Source: Amoebophrya sp. A120 (lineage: Eukaryota > Protista > Dinoflagellata). From it: DNA of 64,000 nucleotides. A model generated the notes under the pieces. That model did no database searches. It was not told the origin of the DNA and saw nothing but the letters and a program-made list of their open reading frames with translations. The DNA lies in contig CAJINV010000008.1 of NCBI GenBank assembly GCA_905178155.1, forward strand, positions 868,001 to 932,000, read 5' to 3'. The position numbers and the translations under genes were made by a program. Shown piece after piece: positions 1-13,089 of the stretch (the stretch's first letter is position 1; each line of letters starts with the position of its first letter).

Positions 1-475
1 CCACATTCTTTTCAACCCGATTATTCATAGTTGACAGACGCCGCTTCCATTTTCGTATTAATTAATTTGCTGCTAGTAATTTCTTTTCGGGATAGTTAGT
101 CATTGGTGGTTCAACAAACTTCTTTATTATCTGTCAAAGAGCGCAGTCGCAGACCCACCAGTCGCAGAAATTTAAAGACATACAATTTTCTTGACATAAA
201 AGCGAAATATATAACGTATAAGGTCTACGTTGATCGTCCTGGAATTTCAATTTGTTCCACGGATACGTCGTCCAGGTTTAGTGCAGTTCATCGAATCCAC
301 GACTGAGTTTTTTTTCTAAGTCAAGCCTATGTATTGAGGGCCACCGATCACAATTGTACATTTTCTTCACGAGTACGATCTGTGTCCGCAAAAGTTTTGT
401 TGAAATAAATAAGAAAGCCTTTATCAAATACGACGAAGTCATAACTCTTCGGTAATTAAGTAAACGTATAACGAC

Positions 476-880
476 ATGAAAATGGGTGTTTACAACAAGT
501 TCAGACAAGTTGTCACGACCCTGCTTCTCGCGACAGGGTCCTTGTTTCCAGCGGCGGCACCAGCAGAGGTGTGTGCGGTGCTGTTAGGAGGACCCGCAAA
601 GAGACACAACCGGACGAGCCGCAGCCGCAGGCGCTCGGCCTCCCTGCCAGCAGCGTTCCCTCCGGCACCGTTTGCCCTCGACAACGCAAACGAGGAGGAA
701 GGCGACAACGCAAACGAGGAGGAAGGCATCTTTCCATTGCTCGTCGAAAGAGTTTGTCAGGCGACACAACCGAAGAATCCTTCGAACATGCACAAAAGTA
801 TGAGGGAGACTGACGACTCGCAGGAACAACAGCCGGACACGAGCGACAGGAGTACTTACTACGCTTTCTCGAATACTTAA
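476..880 (+). CDS. Small hypothetical protein, possibly secreted
   Basis: 134-aa ORF, GC-richer than its flanks, with a hydrophobic N-terminal stretch (VVTTLLLATGSLFPAAAPA). No recognisable domain. Confidence 0.4.
   Translation: MKMGVYNKFRQVVTTLLLATGSLFPAAAPAEVCAVLLGGPAKRHNRTSRSRRRSASLPAAFPPAPFALDNANEEEGDNANEEEGIFPLLVERVCQATQPKNPSNMHKSMRETDDSQEQQPDTSDRSTYYAFSNT
679..727 (+). repeat. In-frame 24-bp tandem duplication (DNANEEEG x2)
   Basis: cgacaacgcaaacgaggaggaagg occurs twice head-to-tail. Confidence 0.9.
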
Positions 881-1263
881 TGCAATAGAGGTTTAGGTTT
901 TTGTTTGTCTTTATCTTTTTGGTGCTATTTTTGAAGTCCACCGCGTATAGGATTTGTTCAAAACTCATTGCCGTTCATCATCATCGCAATCGCCACTATA
1001 GCTCGAATGAGGTAAAAACTCCCGTAACTAATATCTACTACAAATGAAGTACACCGCCGGCGCTTTTATGAAACAGCAATTGCTCTTGCATCATTTGCGA
1101 ATTTATCTGTGCGCTGAAAAAACTAACTCGCGAAATATGATGAACAACCGAACCAAAAACCACAGGAACTTTCACACCCTCGACACTTTGTCCGGACGAC
1201 GATCGGGGCACCGACAGCGAGAGTGAGGGCGACGGATCAGCATCAAGGTTGGAGGACTTCCAA

Positions 1264-1773
1264 ATGGGTCAAGCCTTCGATATGAATTTGTCGTCTCCAG
1301 CGCCCCACGGTGGAAAGGGTGACGTAGAACAAGAAGAACGGGTAAGCTCTGCTCTGCAGGAGAAGCGAAGCGAGCACGCTGACGAGCTGGAACAAGCTTC
1401 TTTTTGGGTTCCTGTTCCAAATATAGGTTCATGTTCGAGAAAACGAAGCCGCAGCGGCACCTATAATCGCGCCGATTTGCTGCACTCATGTCTGCAACGT
1501 CAAGCGGACCATGTTGAAAAGAAGTTAGCAATGCATCCCATCTTCACGGACAAGACGAAGACTGTGCCACGACACCGACATGCTGCACCAGCAGCACGAA
1601 TGTATGTTGTTGTCGAACCAAATCGTGATCACGATCAGCCAAATACGCCGCCATGCAGCGACGGTGAAGAAGATGAAGAGTGGGGCATTTTCCAGTTGGA
1701 TGAGGATCGTCCTAAGCAGGATCTATCAGGAAGCGACTCTGAGACGATTGACGTGCCATTTCCAGCTCTATAG
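1264..1773 (+). CDS. Small hypothetical acidic/disordered protein
   Basis: ORF 1249-1773 (first ATG 1264) with coding-like composition and an acidic C-terminal EEWGIFQLDED motif. Start uncertain. Confidence 0.45.
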   Translation: MGQAFDMNLSSPAPHGGKGDVEQEERVSSALQEKRSEHADELEQASFWVPVPNIGSCSRKRSRSGTYNRADLLHSCLQRQADHVEKKLAMHPIFTDKTKTVPRHRHAAPAARMYVVVEPNRDHDQPNTPPCSDGEEDEEWGIFQLDEDRPKQDLSGSDSETIDVPFPAL

Positions 1774-3649
1774 AAGTAACAACCTCGCTACTACATCGAG
1801 GACCGTCTCTCTGTCGCCGGCAGTTGGTAAACCCAGAACCGCCAAGTAGAAATTTGTAATTAGATGAAACAACAAGAAGTAATAGACGAGTGAATCACGT
1901 GGTTGGTCGCGACGCTGCGAAGGCCAGGCGTCTCGTCCTGAAACAAGATCGTTACCGAAGTGAAGAAGTATCCAGTGTGCGCCTCAATTTTTTCACTAGA
2001 ACAAGATTAGATGGACGTACGCGTTTCTAGGAGCTTTTGATTGCAAAACGAATGCATATCTTTGATGTTTTATTACAGTCGCAATCGCTTTTTCTGTCAC
2101 TCATGATGACCGATCCATGAATGCCAATCCACGCCCACAACTGAGTCTCTCGAGTGGTCCGTATGAAATTTTTCCATATTTTCCGCGACAACGAAGATTG
2201 GTGAATATTGAATTTTTGATTCAAACAATATTAATTGTTCTCGTAAAGCGGGTGTAGCGAGACTGGCATCATTTATTAGGGCGGATGAAAGTACTTACAC
2301 ATTAATTAACGAATTGCTATAGAATTGTCCAGAAATTGTCTAGAAAAAAAAGCATGAAATGAGAAGAGACCCTTTTATTTTTGATTTACATGAGTCGACT
2401 TTGAATTTGATTCGTGTCAGTGGGATATATCCTGCAATTTCGGCGCTACGTCGTCACGTGTGCGTGATCTTGAAAACTTTCTCAAAATAGTACACACCGA
2501 ATCATCTCGGCTTATGCCCCAGGATACGTAAACTGACGAACGCCAACATCAAGACAGAAAGTGATTTGGAAAAGTAGGAGTTGCATTCATGGGTAGTAAC
2601 AGTAGCTTCCTACTTGATTTCGTACACTCAAGACGTCAAGAGAATCACCGCTGCTCCGTATCAACAAGGCAGTATGGTCGTGTGTCCGAAAAGAGCCCAC
2701 GGCCATACACATACTAGCCCGAGGGAGAGATGGAGTCCGAAAAAGAAGCGTTGCCTGCGACGTTGGATAATTGGTTAGCCAAGAATCTACTTTAGCTAGC
2801 ATCAGCAATTCGAAAAGGGAGCCATGTTTTGCGACCCACGAGGGTGCGGTGGCTAGTCAGGAGAATCTAGTGACAGTAAAAACAATGACAACAAACCATG
2901 TTGGTGTACTAGAGCAACTCGCTGAGAGGGAGGTCCGCAGGGCCCGCTTCGCACGAAGTTGCAGTAGTTCCGTTAAGTCTACTGGTAATAAAATCGCTAT
3001 GCAAATGAAATCTCCATTACTAGTCGACCTTGATGAAGGTCATGTTAATTCTCGCGTTTGATGGTGATTGTGATGTTCTTCGCCTGTCGTGGTCTTCGAG
3101 GCCTAGTAATACCTTCGTCGCCCGCCGAGCCGCGGAGTCTTTGATGAAAAAAAGAAAGGAGGTCTGATGATAAAGCTAGAGGATCTACCGTAAGAAGTTT
3201 GGTTTTCTTTCCTCAGCCAGCCTTTTTTATTTTTACTCGCACCGGAGGCTTGTACTACTATTAATTTCATTCACCGCTCGGATCAACCTGTGTGTAGGCT
3301 TACACGTTTACTTTTGTTTTATGGTCTCTCTTTGCACTTTTCCTTTTGTTTTTGGCTGCCAATGGTGATGTCATGAATTGGTTCATTGATCGCGTGGTGT
3401 GATTACCAACATCAGAATTTTTCGTGTTGTAATACCGTGTCGCCATAAAAATGCTGGTTTGGTTCTTTGTATCGTGATTGCTTTCATCTTCAAGGCAAGT
3501 ACAACTACAGTAGTAATTCATTGAGTCATTTTGTTTTTTCTCGTATCTAAATCTATCGCTCCGGCGACGTACAGAACAAAGAGGCGTGCGTTGCATCTCA
3601 ACTTCGCAGGACGAAGATATTGATTCGAGGTTTGCAGCGCAAAAAAATC

Positions 3650-6600
3650 ATGAAGCGTAAGCGACGTGACCCTGGGGACAATGTGGAGGGCGAGCGAACC
3701 AAGCTCCGTGTTCCCCAGCAGGGTTCTTCGGGATTCGCGGCGCAGCGTCACTGCCGGATCGCGGTTGTCAGTACGCGCGGGCAAGAACGAAACGGACGCG
3801 CGGCCGTTTTTCGTCGGGTATGCGCTGGCCTTCTTGTCGCGTCCGCAACAACCGGGCCGGGCTGGCCAAATCCCGAAATGCAGCATCGAGGAGGCCTTTT
3901 TGCACTCGCCGCGAAGCAAGGTGACAAACGCAGTGTTTCTAGCGCTGGCCCACAACAGACCGACGTCGGCATTGAATTGCGGAGCAGCTGGGAGGAGGTT
4001 CCCGCGGCGGCAGAAGTGCTCGAATTCTTGCGCGAAGTAAACCCCCGTAGCGCTGTACAGTTTTTACAGGACAAAATTCTTCCCGAGGAGATGTTTCAGA
4101 TCGATGCCTCGCGTGACGAAGCAGCATCGAGAGAAACACGGGCAGACGCGCGGTCGGAAGACGGCAACGTGCCGGAAGGGTACGTTCGCAACACGCAAGT
4201 GCGAAGGTTTCTCAACCTGCTAATTAGAAACCATTTCTTTTCGCCCCGCATCGAGATGCTCCGCTCCGTTGAGCGCGCACACAGAACGGAATGGACAGCG
4301 ATGTTGAGCAAAAAAGACACGGCAGATGAAGCTGCAGAGACTCTGCCACAGGAAGAAGATGCCATCGGCAAAGCTGTTGGGTTAAAACAGAAAAAGAAGA
4401 ACCACCAAAGAGAGAAAGGTTTGGCAGGCCCGCGCTGTGACGTCGAGGACGCGAAATCATCGACTTTCTGGCTCCTTCTCCCGAATGGCGAGGGAGTTTG
4501 CGAGCGGGCACTGTCGGCGCACGCGTCCGCTGCCGGCGCTACTGGTACTACGGTTTCTTTATGGGAAGCGGAGACGGAGGCCGAGGGCTCCTATTCCTTC
4601 AATGGCCGCTCCTTTCCGTCCACGCCCTTCGATCTGGTCTTGTTCGACAACCGTGCGCCGGAGTTGCGCGGAACTGGGAAGGGGGTGGCCATCCTGTATG
4701 TGGATGTGACAAAAGTTCTGCAGAAGCGACGGCTTGCAGGAAATACTTCGAAGGGTAGTACCAAACCAGACCATGATGAGCGTGGTACTAAGCGTAAGAA
4801 AGTACTAGAGGCGCAGAGCAAGCAGGTACCCCGGGTACTGGCGTTAGAGCGGCTCAAGCAGAGTTTGGCAGGGCAGAAGTTGATTTTTCGGTACGCGGGG
4901 GGCAACCACACCAAGCACGCCGACCGGCTGGCGGGGTACGGCGTAAAACTGATGATAAAAAACACTGAGTACATATGGAAGTGTCAGAATCGCAATCGTC
5001 AAAGTTGAAACAATTTGTAATGCATAAAATGCATGACCCGAGGCGCGTGTGTTGCAGAGCAGGCAAGTGAGGCCGATTGTAAGCCTGTTTAGGGGTATGC
5101 AATGTGCTGCCAGAGTAGCATGACAGGAGCAGTCTTCTTTGCCCAAACAGCATGACAGACTGGATGTGGGTGCCCCAGAAATTTGTCATGCGGCACTTAG
5201 AAACTGTGGCTCCAACTGACATCGATTTTATGCATCACAAATTTTTCGATTTTGTCAATTTCGATTCTGACGCTTCCATAGTACAAGGCAGACGCAAAGG
5301 CTTTAGACATGGAATCCGCGGCCTTGACTTTTCACGAGCGGCTCGGGACCGACTTCGTGGACTATCTGAAGATGTTAGAGAGCAAAAACAAAGTCGAAGA
5401 ACAGACATCACCGCCAGATGAAATAAGTCCCGACGGGACAGCTACTGCTACAGCTAATTCCACTTTGACTTCGTCCTCGTCCTCTTCGCTGCACATAATT
5501 GAGCTTTTGCGTTCGGTGACGCAAAACTACCCGGAGCAGGGCCAGGTTCTGACGAATTTGATCAAGAAGGAACTGGGAAGGGACGTGTCGGAGCGGAGCG
5601 GAAAGGTCAGCGAAGACGAGGACGCGAAGGAGGACATTCAGCTCGACGACCTAGACGACGAGACCCACTCCGAGGCCAAGGAGGCGGCCAGCCTCGTCAA
5701 GCAGCGGTTTGGTATCACGGCGGGGGCGGCCTCCGTCATCACGTTGAACAACCAGGCGCTTGAAATTGACCAAAATTCCCTCGGCATTTACCCCATCCTC
5801 GAGAAGGTGCTGCCCCTGTTCAAAGCCCTCGAACGCGTTTCCGACGTGGTGGCCACTACGGTTGGGCGTGTCCGCGGAGGTGAGGAGGCCCAGGGGGAGA
5901 ACCACCTGAAAATAAATGTTGGACAGATGGCACGAGGGCTCCCGAGCGGGAGCACCGAGCCGGACTCGACAGGGGACAAGAATGCGTTGAGCGCAGAGTG
6001 GCACGAGAAGATTTTTTCGGAAGTGGTAACCAAGAACCCGGTTTCGCGGGCTGCGGCCACAGCGTCTCGCTTTGACCCGTGGTACTTGATTGGGGAGCAG
6101 AGGGGCGCAGGTGGCGCTTCGGGGACGCGACCGAACCCGTTATATCAGGTGGAAGCCGATCCAAAAGCCGTGGAACGCGGTTGGACGGCGGATTACCGGC
6201 GCCTATCCACGCAGCCGCAAGGGGGCGGCCACGGGATGGCTGCGATGATGGGGATGATGATGATGATGCCCCAGGCTCCGGAAATTCTGCGTTCCCTGGT
6301 TTTCACGGTCGTCATTCTGGATTTCACAGTCCTCAAGCACGCGAAGTTTCTGTTGCAGGTGCTGCGCCAGCAGCCTACGGCCTCCACCATCTGGCTTCTT
6401 GTCGATTCCGTGGACGAAACTGACCAGGAACACAGATTTCAGGCGTACCTCAAACGTTTGGACATCTACGACCGAGAGCAACTGGGCGACCACAACATTG
6501 ATCTTCTTGGGGCGGAACGAACGAGCGGCCCCGGACGAGACGTGCCGGAAATTACGTCTCCTGCGAGAAGAGCATCTAAAAAGGCGGAAGAAGTGGACCT

Positions 6601-9600
6601 AGTAAGAGAGAAAAGAATTGCGCATCTCCGCCGTGAGTATAAGTGTTTCGTGCAGAAGTCACGCGCCCTCGTAGCGAAGGCATTCTACAGGATCCTCGGA
6701 ACAACAGCGACAACCGCAACGAGAACACCGACCGCAACTGCAGAAAAAGGAAAAGCTGCCGGAAAGAAAAAAGGCAGTGACGAGAAAAACAATGACATGG
6801 CGGAGGAGGAAGAGGACGCGGACGCCGCGAAACGAAACGCGACGGCGTTGCTTCTGCAGAAAAAGCGAAAGAAGGCCAGCTTGTTCCTCCGCGACCTTGC
6901 AGAGAGTTCGAACGATTTCTTTCACCTTGTGTACGAGAAGACGATCTCATCGGACGAAGAGGCGAACTTTGCAGAGGAAAGCCTCAAAGCGGACGGGTTT
7001 GACGAGCAACAGATGATTTTGCAGCAGCTGATGGGTGGCGGCGGGGCTGGCGCGCTGGGTGCGCTGACAAACAAGGAGAAAAACAAGGCGAATCACCCGA
7101 GTCAAATAAGCGTCGAACAGAGCGCGATCGAAAGCTGTGAGGAACAACTCCGGGAGGTAGTTGCGAAAGCGGTCAAACCGGCGTTTCTGAAGAGGTTTGT
7201 CGTCGAGGCCAAGGAGCAGCCGGCCGGCGATGTTTGGGATACAGAGATTGTACAAGACCTGCACAAAGAAACGTATACACCCGTGGAACCCAACCGCGCA
7301 ATATGCACGAAGGGACTTGCTTCTGCATCACTGTGAGTTTGTTTCTGCTCCGTTTTTCGCAGAACTTGGAATTAGAAAACGTACCTAGTACATGCATGGC
7401 GCCAACCAAAACACGAGGATAGAGTGTTTCGTTTGTTTTCATTTTTTCCCGAGCTACACGACGTTTGCGTCGTGTTCGTGCTGCGTGTTAGACGCTGACT
7501 CGTGCTGCAGATCATGAATAGCACTGGCTCATCGTCGTGATGTAGTGCTTGTCCGCCTTGGATACGCGAGCCTGCCCGTGCCAAGTATCATTTACAATGG
7601 GCAGGTTGAGACTGGAGAAGAGGTGTTTGAAAATTTTGAGCGCCGGGACTTCTATCACCAAATCTCAACGGCGCAGCGCATGCAGCGGGAGCTTCGCAAG
7701 AATGCGGAGCTGTGGACAAGCGGAGACTGGGAGGGACACCTGAGAAAAACCGTCCTGCGGCAACCGCTCTTGGCACACCACGAAGCCATCACAACGGTAT
7801 GCCAGTAAAGGAATTTATCTTGTTGTTTCTTGTGAAGCTGCGCGTGTATTTTTCCATAAAAAATTATTTCACAACCAGCTGGTCCCTACGTAAAAATTTG
7901 TTCTTCGCTCAAGATGATGACAAATGCGAACGGGCGTTCTGAGGATTTTTTCTCCCAGATGCTGATCGTTCAAAACAACAAACTAATCTTCTCGCTGATA
8001 CTGAAGTGAAAAATATCTTTCCGGTCATTGTTGGGTCTCTGGTTGAATCATGTGGTATATATAGTCGATCCGCCACACGCATCAACTAGGATGAAGATTG
8101 GCTATCATGCGTAGAGTTTGAAATGAAACCTTTGTGGTGGTTCAACTGAGTGTTGGCTCTATAATTGTCACCGCTTTAATATTGCTGCACATGCATGCGA
8201 AATCGTTTACGGGAATCTGAATATCCACCACCATACTTGCTCAGGAAGCGATCACGAGCGGATCTTCCTCTGGTGATGATGGAGACGGAGGAAACAAGAA
8301 AGCGGACCAGCAGGAAGGGGCGCAGAGCGCAAGCGAGAAAAAAACGCGCCGCATTCCCTGGCACTTCAAACAGCTCGACATTCCGGAAAGCTTTGCCTTC
8401 TTCGAACTGGACACGAGAGGGACCACCCCTGATGGAACCAAAAATGATCCCTCTCCACCTGCGCAGGAGGAGGTGGGGCGTACTTCAGCCGCTGCATTCT
8501 ACCACATTTTTTTTCTGGCTTCGGATGCGGATACGTACTTGCTCAAGGAAGTACTGCTCGGAGCTCAGAAGAGAAATCAGGTGGACCGCGAAGTATCATC
8601 GTCCGAAGAACAGGTGGAAACCGGCTCCTATTTCGGAGTCGTTTTTATGACGGATGATCTGTGGAATCGGTACGCGAAACCCTTTTTCGCACAGGCCCGC
8701 AGGAGCCAGCAGCACCGAAACGAGCTTACAACGGCAGAACTGGCTGCCTTGCGCCGGACCAACAACCTCCTCGCGGACCAAATGCGCTCGGAGCGGGTCA
8801 GAGCGCCGGCCCAGCGCATCCCTCCCGAGGCGCACAGCAAAGTTCTGCGCTGGTGGTGCAACGGCCGGCTCATCGAAATGCTGAGCGGGGCGGATCCGCA
8901 TCCGCATCCGCAAGAAGGAACAAGTGGCAGCAGTGGCGTGACGCCGGGTGGTAGTACCACTACAGGCCACGTCGTGCCTTCAGACGCACAAAGGATCCGG
9001 GTGCCCCATCTGCGCACCCTGGAGATTCTTCTCCCCCCGCCGATCGATCTGGCGGCCGAGTACACCTCCGGGCAGGGTGGCGATCTAGTGGTGGTTCTGG
9101 ACGAAAAGGATCACACGATGATGGCCCGCGTTAATGCTATCCGGGCGGAGTTTTCGGATCACGCTGCGAGCGGCTCGACCGCAAATCTGAACGAACTGTG
9201 GGGGGACTACCCGGAGCCATTGAAGCTGACGCTTTCCTCGGAGATGACCGCCGGGATGATGAACAGTAGCAAAATCCTACGCGGCAGCAATGTGGACGAC
9301 GAAGACGCGACCGATGAAATGGAAGGGCTGGTCAGCAGTCCCGCCGCGCTTCTGTCTGTGTACGCACTGGTGGATCCCCTGTCCGAGGAAATGCAGTTGC
9401 TCTCCGAGATTCTGAGGCTCCTGCTCACGACGTTCCCGACGAAGGTGCACCTGCTGTTCACGCCAGTCGAACAATACACCAAACCCCCCCTGACGAACTA
9501 CTACCGGCAGGTGGTGTTCCAGGAGGACCAGCACGGCGATGAATCTGGAAAGAACTACTTCGGAGTAGAGTCTGGTGCGAGAGGTTCTAGTTCTAGCAGC

Positions 9601-12600
9601 GCTTCGATTGCGATCACAAAGTCGAACGTGTTTAGTTTGAAGCTGGAGGTGCCTGACCCCTGGCTGGTCTCTGCCACCGAGGCGGAAGCGGATTTTGACA
9701 ACCTGATTGTATCGTTTCCGTCGAACACGCAAGCAGGGACGAAGAGTACCAGCACGTCGAGCATGGGCAAAAACGTGGTGCACGGAATCTTCGAGCTGCA
9801 GTGCATGTACATGGAGTATGGAAGTGCCATGTGGGCCACCAAAATGTCAAAGTGAAAGCAGTTTGTCATGCACAAAAGCTGCGTCATCAAACTCAAATTA
9901 ATCAGCGTGGTCGAGCTAGCGCTCGTTTTTGCACATTACCTTGGCTTGAGAGCACGGCAAGTATTCAAAAGTAAGTATCTTACTTGGGATGTATGATCAA
10001 TTTCACGCCGGCAATTTGAAATCTCACCTGGCGCTTCCATACGGAGGGCCAGGCACTAGTCGCGAGTGAGGAGAATGAGTTGGCGATGTTCTTCGGGGAG
10101 CAGCCTGCGGCAGGTGTAGAGCTCGGCATCTACGGAAGCGACCGATCGGAGCCCATGAGCGACGCGCGGGTGCTCCGGAACCACGGGTACTTTCAGCTGG
10201 CGGCGAACCCGGGCATGTATTCGATTCAACTGCTGCCGAAGACTGCCCGCGACTGGGAACTGGTCTCCGCGCCCTTTCTTACCGTGGATAGCTACATCAC
10301 GCCGCCCTATCTCATTCGCGTACGCAGCCGCCCGCAGGACAACGGGATGGGGGAGAAAGGGTCCTCGCCTTGGGGCCGGCTACTGCATTTGTCCGCGCAG
10401 AAGTCGGGTGAGGGTAAAACAACCACGGGTACTAGGAGTTCTTCTATGGTAGAACAAGGCACAACAGCGCCGGACGGCGATGAGGAACCACTGTCCACTG
10501 CCTTGGACGATTTATTCTCCGCCACGCTCTCGAAGCTGTCTGACCTTTTCTCGTCGTCCTTGGACGGAAGCGGAGCAGTAGAAAGCAGCGGCGAAGATGA
10601 AGAAGCAGTGGCTGCAACCACGGAAAACGCAGTTGCGCTAGTAGGGAACAAAGCAGATGATGCGGATCATCTGGGTGTACTAGCAACTGCAAAGCAAGAA
10701 GCCCCCGTGCACATTTTTTCGGTGGCGAGCGGGCACCTGTACGAGAAGCTGTTGAGTATTATGATCCTGTCCGTGCGGAAGCACACCACGGCTCCCCTGC
10801 ACTTTTGGTTTGTGGACAAGTTTTTTTCGCCCAGGTTCAAGCACTTCATCCCCACGCTGGCGCAAAAATACCACTTCGACTTCACCTTCATCAGCTACAA
10901 GTGGCCGTCGTGGCTAAACCCCCAGCGGGAGAAGCAGCGCCTGATCTGGGCGTACAAAATCCTCTTCCTCTATCCTGAGTAAAAACGTACCCACACCAGA
11001 GTCAAGATGGAAAATCTGCTAGACAAATTGGCCAACTTTGCTTGTTTCGCATGACAAATTTGGACGAGTAGTGTAGTGCTGTTTGAGCTAGTTCAGCAGC
11101 ATTACAGATCTAGTCTCTCATGCTGATTGGAGCATGACAAATTTCAAGACGCCCTTAGAAAATGCTTCTCATGGGGCTCCGCATGACAAACATTTTAAGC
11201 ATGCAGATTTGCATGACAACTATGGTGTGGGTACGTTTTTACTCAGGATATCCTCGACGTGTTCTTTCCGCTGAACGTGGAGCGTATCCTTTTCATCGAC
11301 GCCGATCAAATCGTCCGCGCGGATGTGCTATGCAATGCAAAAGCATCGTACTAGTATGAATTGCATTACAAATTAGCCCAGCATTACAAATTAGATTTGT
11401 AATGCTGATTTACCTTGGGAAAGAGATTTGTAATGCTTAAATGCAATTGCTACGAGTGCGATACTTTTGCACAGAATATGTGCGTGAGTTGCGGGACTTT
11501 GACTTGCAGGGGAACGTGTACGGATTTGTGCCGATGGGGGACACGAACCTGCTCACGGAAGGCTACCGGTTCTGGAAGCAGGGCTACTGGAAGAACCACT
11601 TGAACGGAAAACCGTACCACATCTCCGCGCTCTTCGTGGTGGATCTCAAACTGTTTCGCGAGAGCGCATATGCAAGCCGCAGCTGGTGTGACAATCATCG
11701 CAATGTCGCCCGGTGAAATACTATTGATTCTATGGAATTGGAATGAAAGTTTCATCCAACGATTCATTGATAATTTTCAGTGCAATTATAATTGGCTGCC
11801 GCTTCCATCGCTTGCTCTTCCGACGTCTTTCGTGACCATTTCTTGAAGAGAACAGGACAGATTCTGGTATAGGGTGAGCATTTATTGTTCTTGCAAATTA
11901 TAGAAATATGAGCATCTTGTTGCGAATAGATAGTTGGGATTGTTGACAGCCCTTGCGCCGGGCATATTCGTAGCGGGGACATTCTGCGGGAGACCTATAA
12001 CCAGTTGAGCAGGGATATTGAGAGGAAAAATCTCCCCTCCCCATATCGAAAAGGTACGTTTGCGAAAATTTGTCTTGCTGATTTGAGACCACAAATCACG
12101 TCTGTCTTGCAAGAAGACAACTCCACAGGCTCTGCCGCATTATGCAGGCGGTTTGTGATGCTGTTGGGCCTACAGCGTAGACGTTTCCCATGCTAAATGC
12201 CTAGGCCAAAAGCTCTCTACTCAGGCTTGGCAGGAGCCTGCTTTCCTCTACTGCAGGACAGCTCTGACTTGTATATGCAAATCCAGCATAAGAAGCGTCG
12301 TTTTGATATGGAGAGGGGGGATTTTTCCTTTTGATAAGGGACCCGAATTCGTTGGCCAATCTGGACCAGGACCTGCCTAACTTCGCCCAGCATTCGCTCG
12401 GCATCTTTTCTCTGCCAAAGGAGTGGCTGTGGTGCGAAACCTGGTGCGGGTCCGAGGAACTCTCCAGTGCCAAAACGATCGACTTGTGCCAGAACCCTCT
12501 CACGAAGGAGCCGAAGTTGACCATGGCCAAGCGCATCGCGCCGGAATGGGTCGAATATCACGACCAGGTGGTGGCGTTGCAGGAACAAGTCGACCACGAC

Positions 12601-13089
12601 CTCGTGCCAGCTGCTGGTGCGGAAGGATTTTCGACCACGCCGGAACCAAGCGTACCAGCGGCTGAAAGAGCAGGTGGGGCTGCACCTCCACTAGCGAAGA
12701 TGAAAACCGAACAGCACAAAAAGAACACGCAGCAGCAAGTGGAACCAGGACCCAAAGCCAAAACTTCGACGAGCGACACGGGCACGTCGGGGAAGAAGGC
12801 ACGGAATTATAAAAGCAAAGATGGTGCTGCTGCTGAAACGGAACAAAAACAAACACAGGGTTCTTCGGGAGCGAGCAAGCCGAAACAACGGATCCAAAAC
12901 GCTGCGAACAAGAAGAATGACGAGAAAGAACCCAAAAAGAAGAAACCTGCCACCTCCTCGACCACGACAACTACCGCCAAGACCGCGACAAAGTCGGAAA
13001 CTACGAAGAAGTCTTCAAAAAAGGACAAGGCTAAAAAGAAGAAGAATCAGAATAAAGATAAACGAGACAAAAAGAATGCAGAGCTGTAA
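3650..13089 (+). CDS. UGGT: UDP-glucose:glycoprotein glucosyltransferase (GT24), multi-exon
   Basis: Joined exons (about 3650-4973, 5286-7332, ~7522-7796, 8245-9816, 10047-10970, 11256-11328, 11484-11668, 11972-12015, 12342-13089) give [111 protein letters not shown] and [15 protein letters not shown], with an ER-retention-like C-terminal NAEL. The start codon and the ~7333-7521 intron ends are uncertain. Confidence 0.95.
4974..5280. mobile_element. TIR introner (family A, TATGGAAG) in UGGT
   Basis: TIR tatggaagtgtcagaatcg / cgattctgacgcttccata (1 mismatch in 19). TSD gtaca at 4969-4973 and 5281-5285. Removal restores NTEY-KADAK. Confidence 0.93.
9817..10041. mobile_element. TIR introner (family A) in UGGT
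   Basis: TIR tatggaagtgcca / tggcgcttccata. Imperfect TSD tggag (9812-9816) / cggag (10042-10046). Removal gives CMYME-GQAL, in frame with ORF 10080. Confidence 0.88.
10971..11250. mobile_element. TIR introner (family B, TATCCTGAGTAAAAACG) in the UGGT catalytic domain
   Basis: Perfect 28-bp TIR. TSD tcctc at 10966-10970 and 11251-11255. Removal restores the conserved YKILFL-DVFFPL. Confidence 0.97.
11329..11478. mobile_element. TIR introner (family C, TAT..TGCAAAAG) in UGGT
   Basis: Imperfect ~28-bp TIR. TSD tgtgc at 11324-11328 and 11479-11483. Removal gives [13 protein letters not shown]. Homologous to 49352-49497. Confidence 0.92.
11669..11966. mobile_element. Degenerate TIR introner in UGGT
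   Basis: Ends tatgc...gcata with a decayed ~30-bp inverted similarity. Removing 303 nt restores FRESA-(S/Y)[12 protein letters not shown]. The TSD has decayed, so the exact register is ambiguous. Confidence 0.7.
12016..12336. mobile_element. TIR introner (family F, TATTGAGAGGAAAAATC) in UGGT
   Basis: ~36-bp imperfect TIR. TSD aggga at 12011-12015 and 12337-12341. Removal restores [15 protein letters not shown]. Confidence 0.94.
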
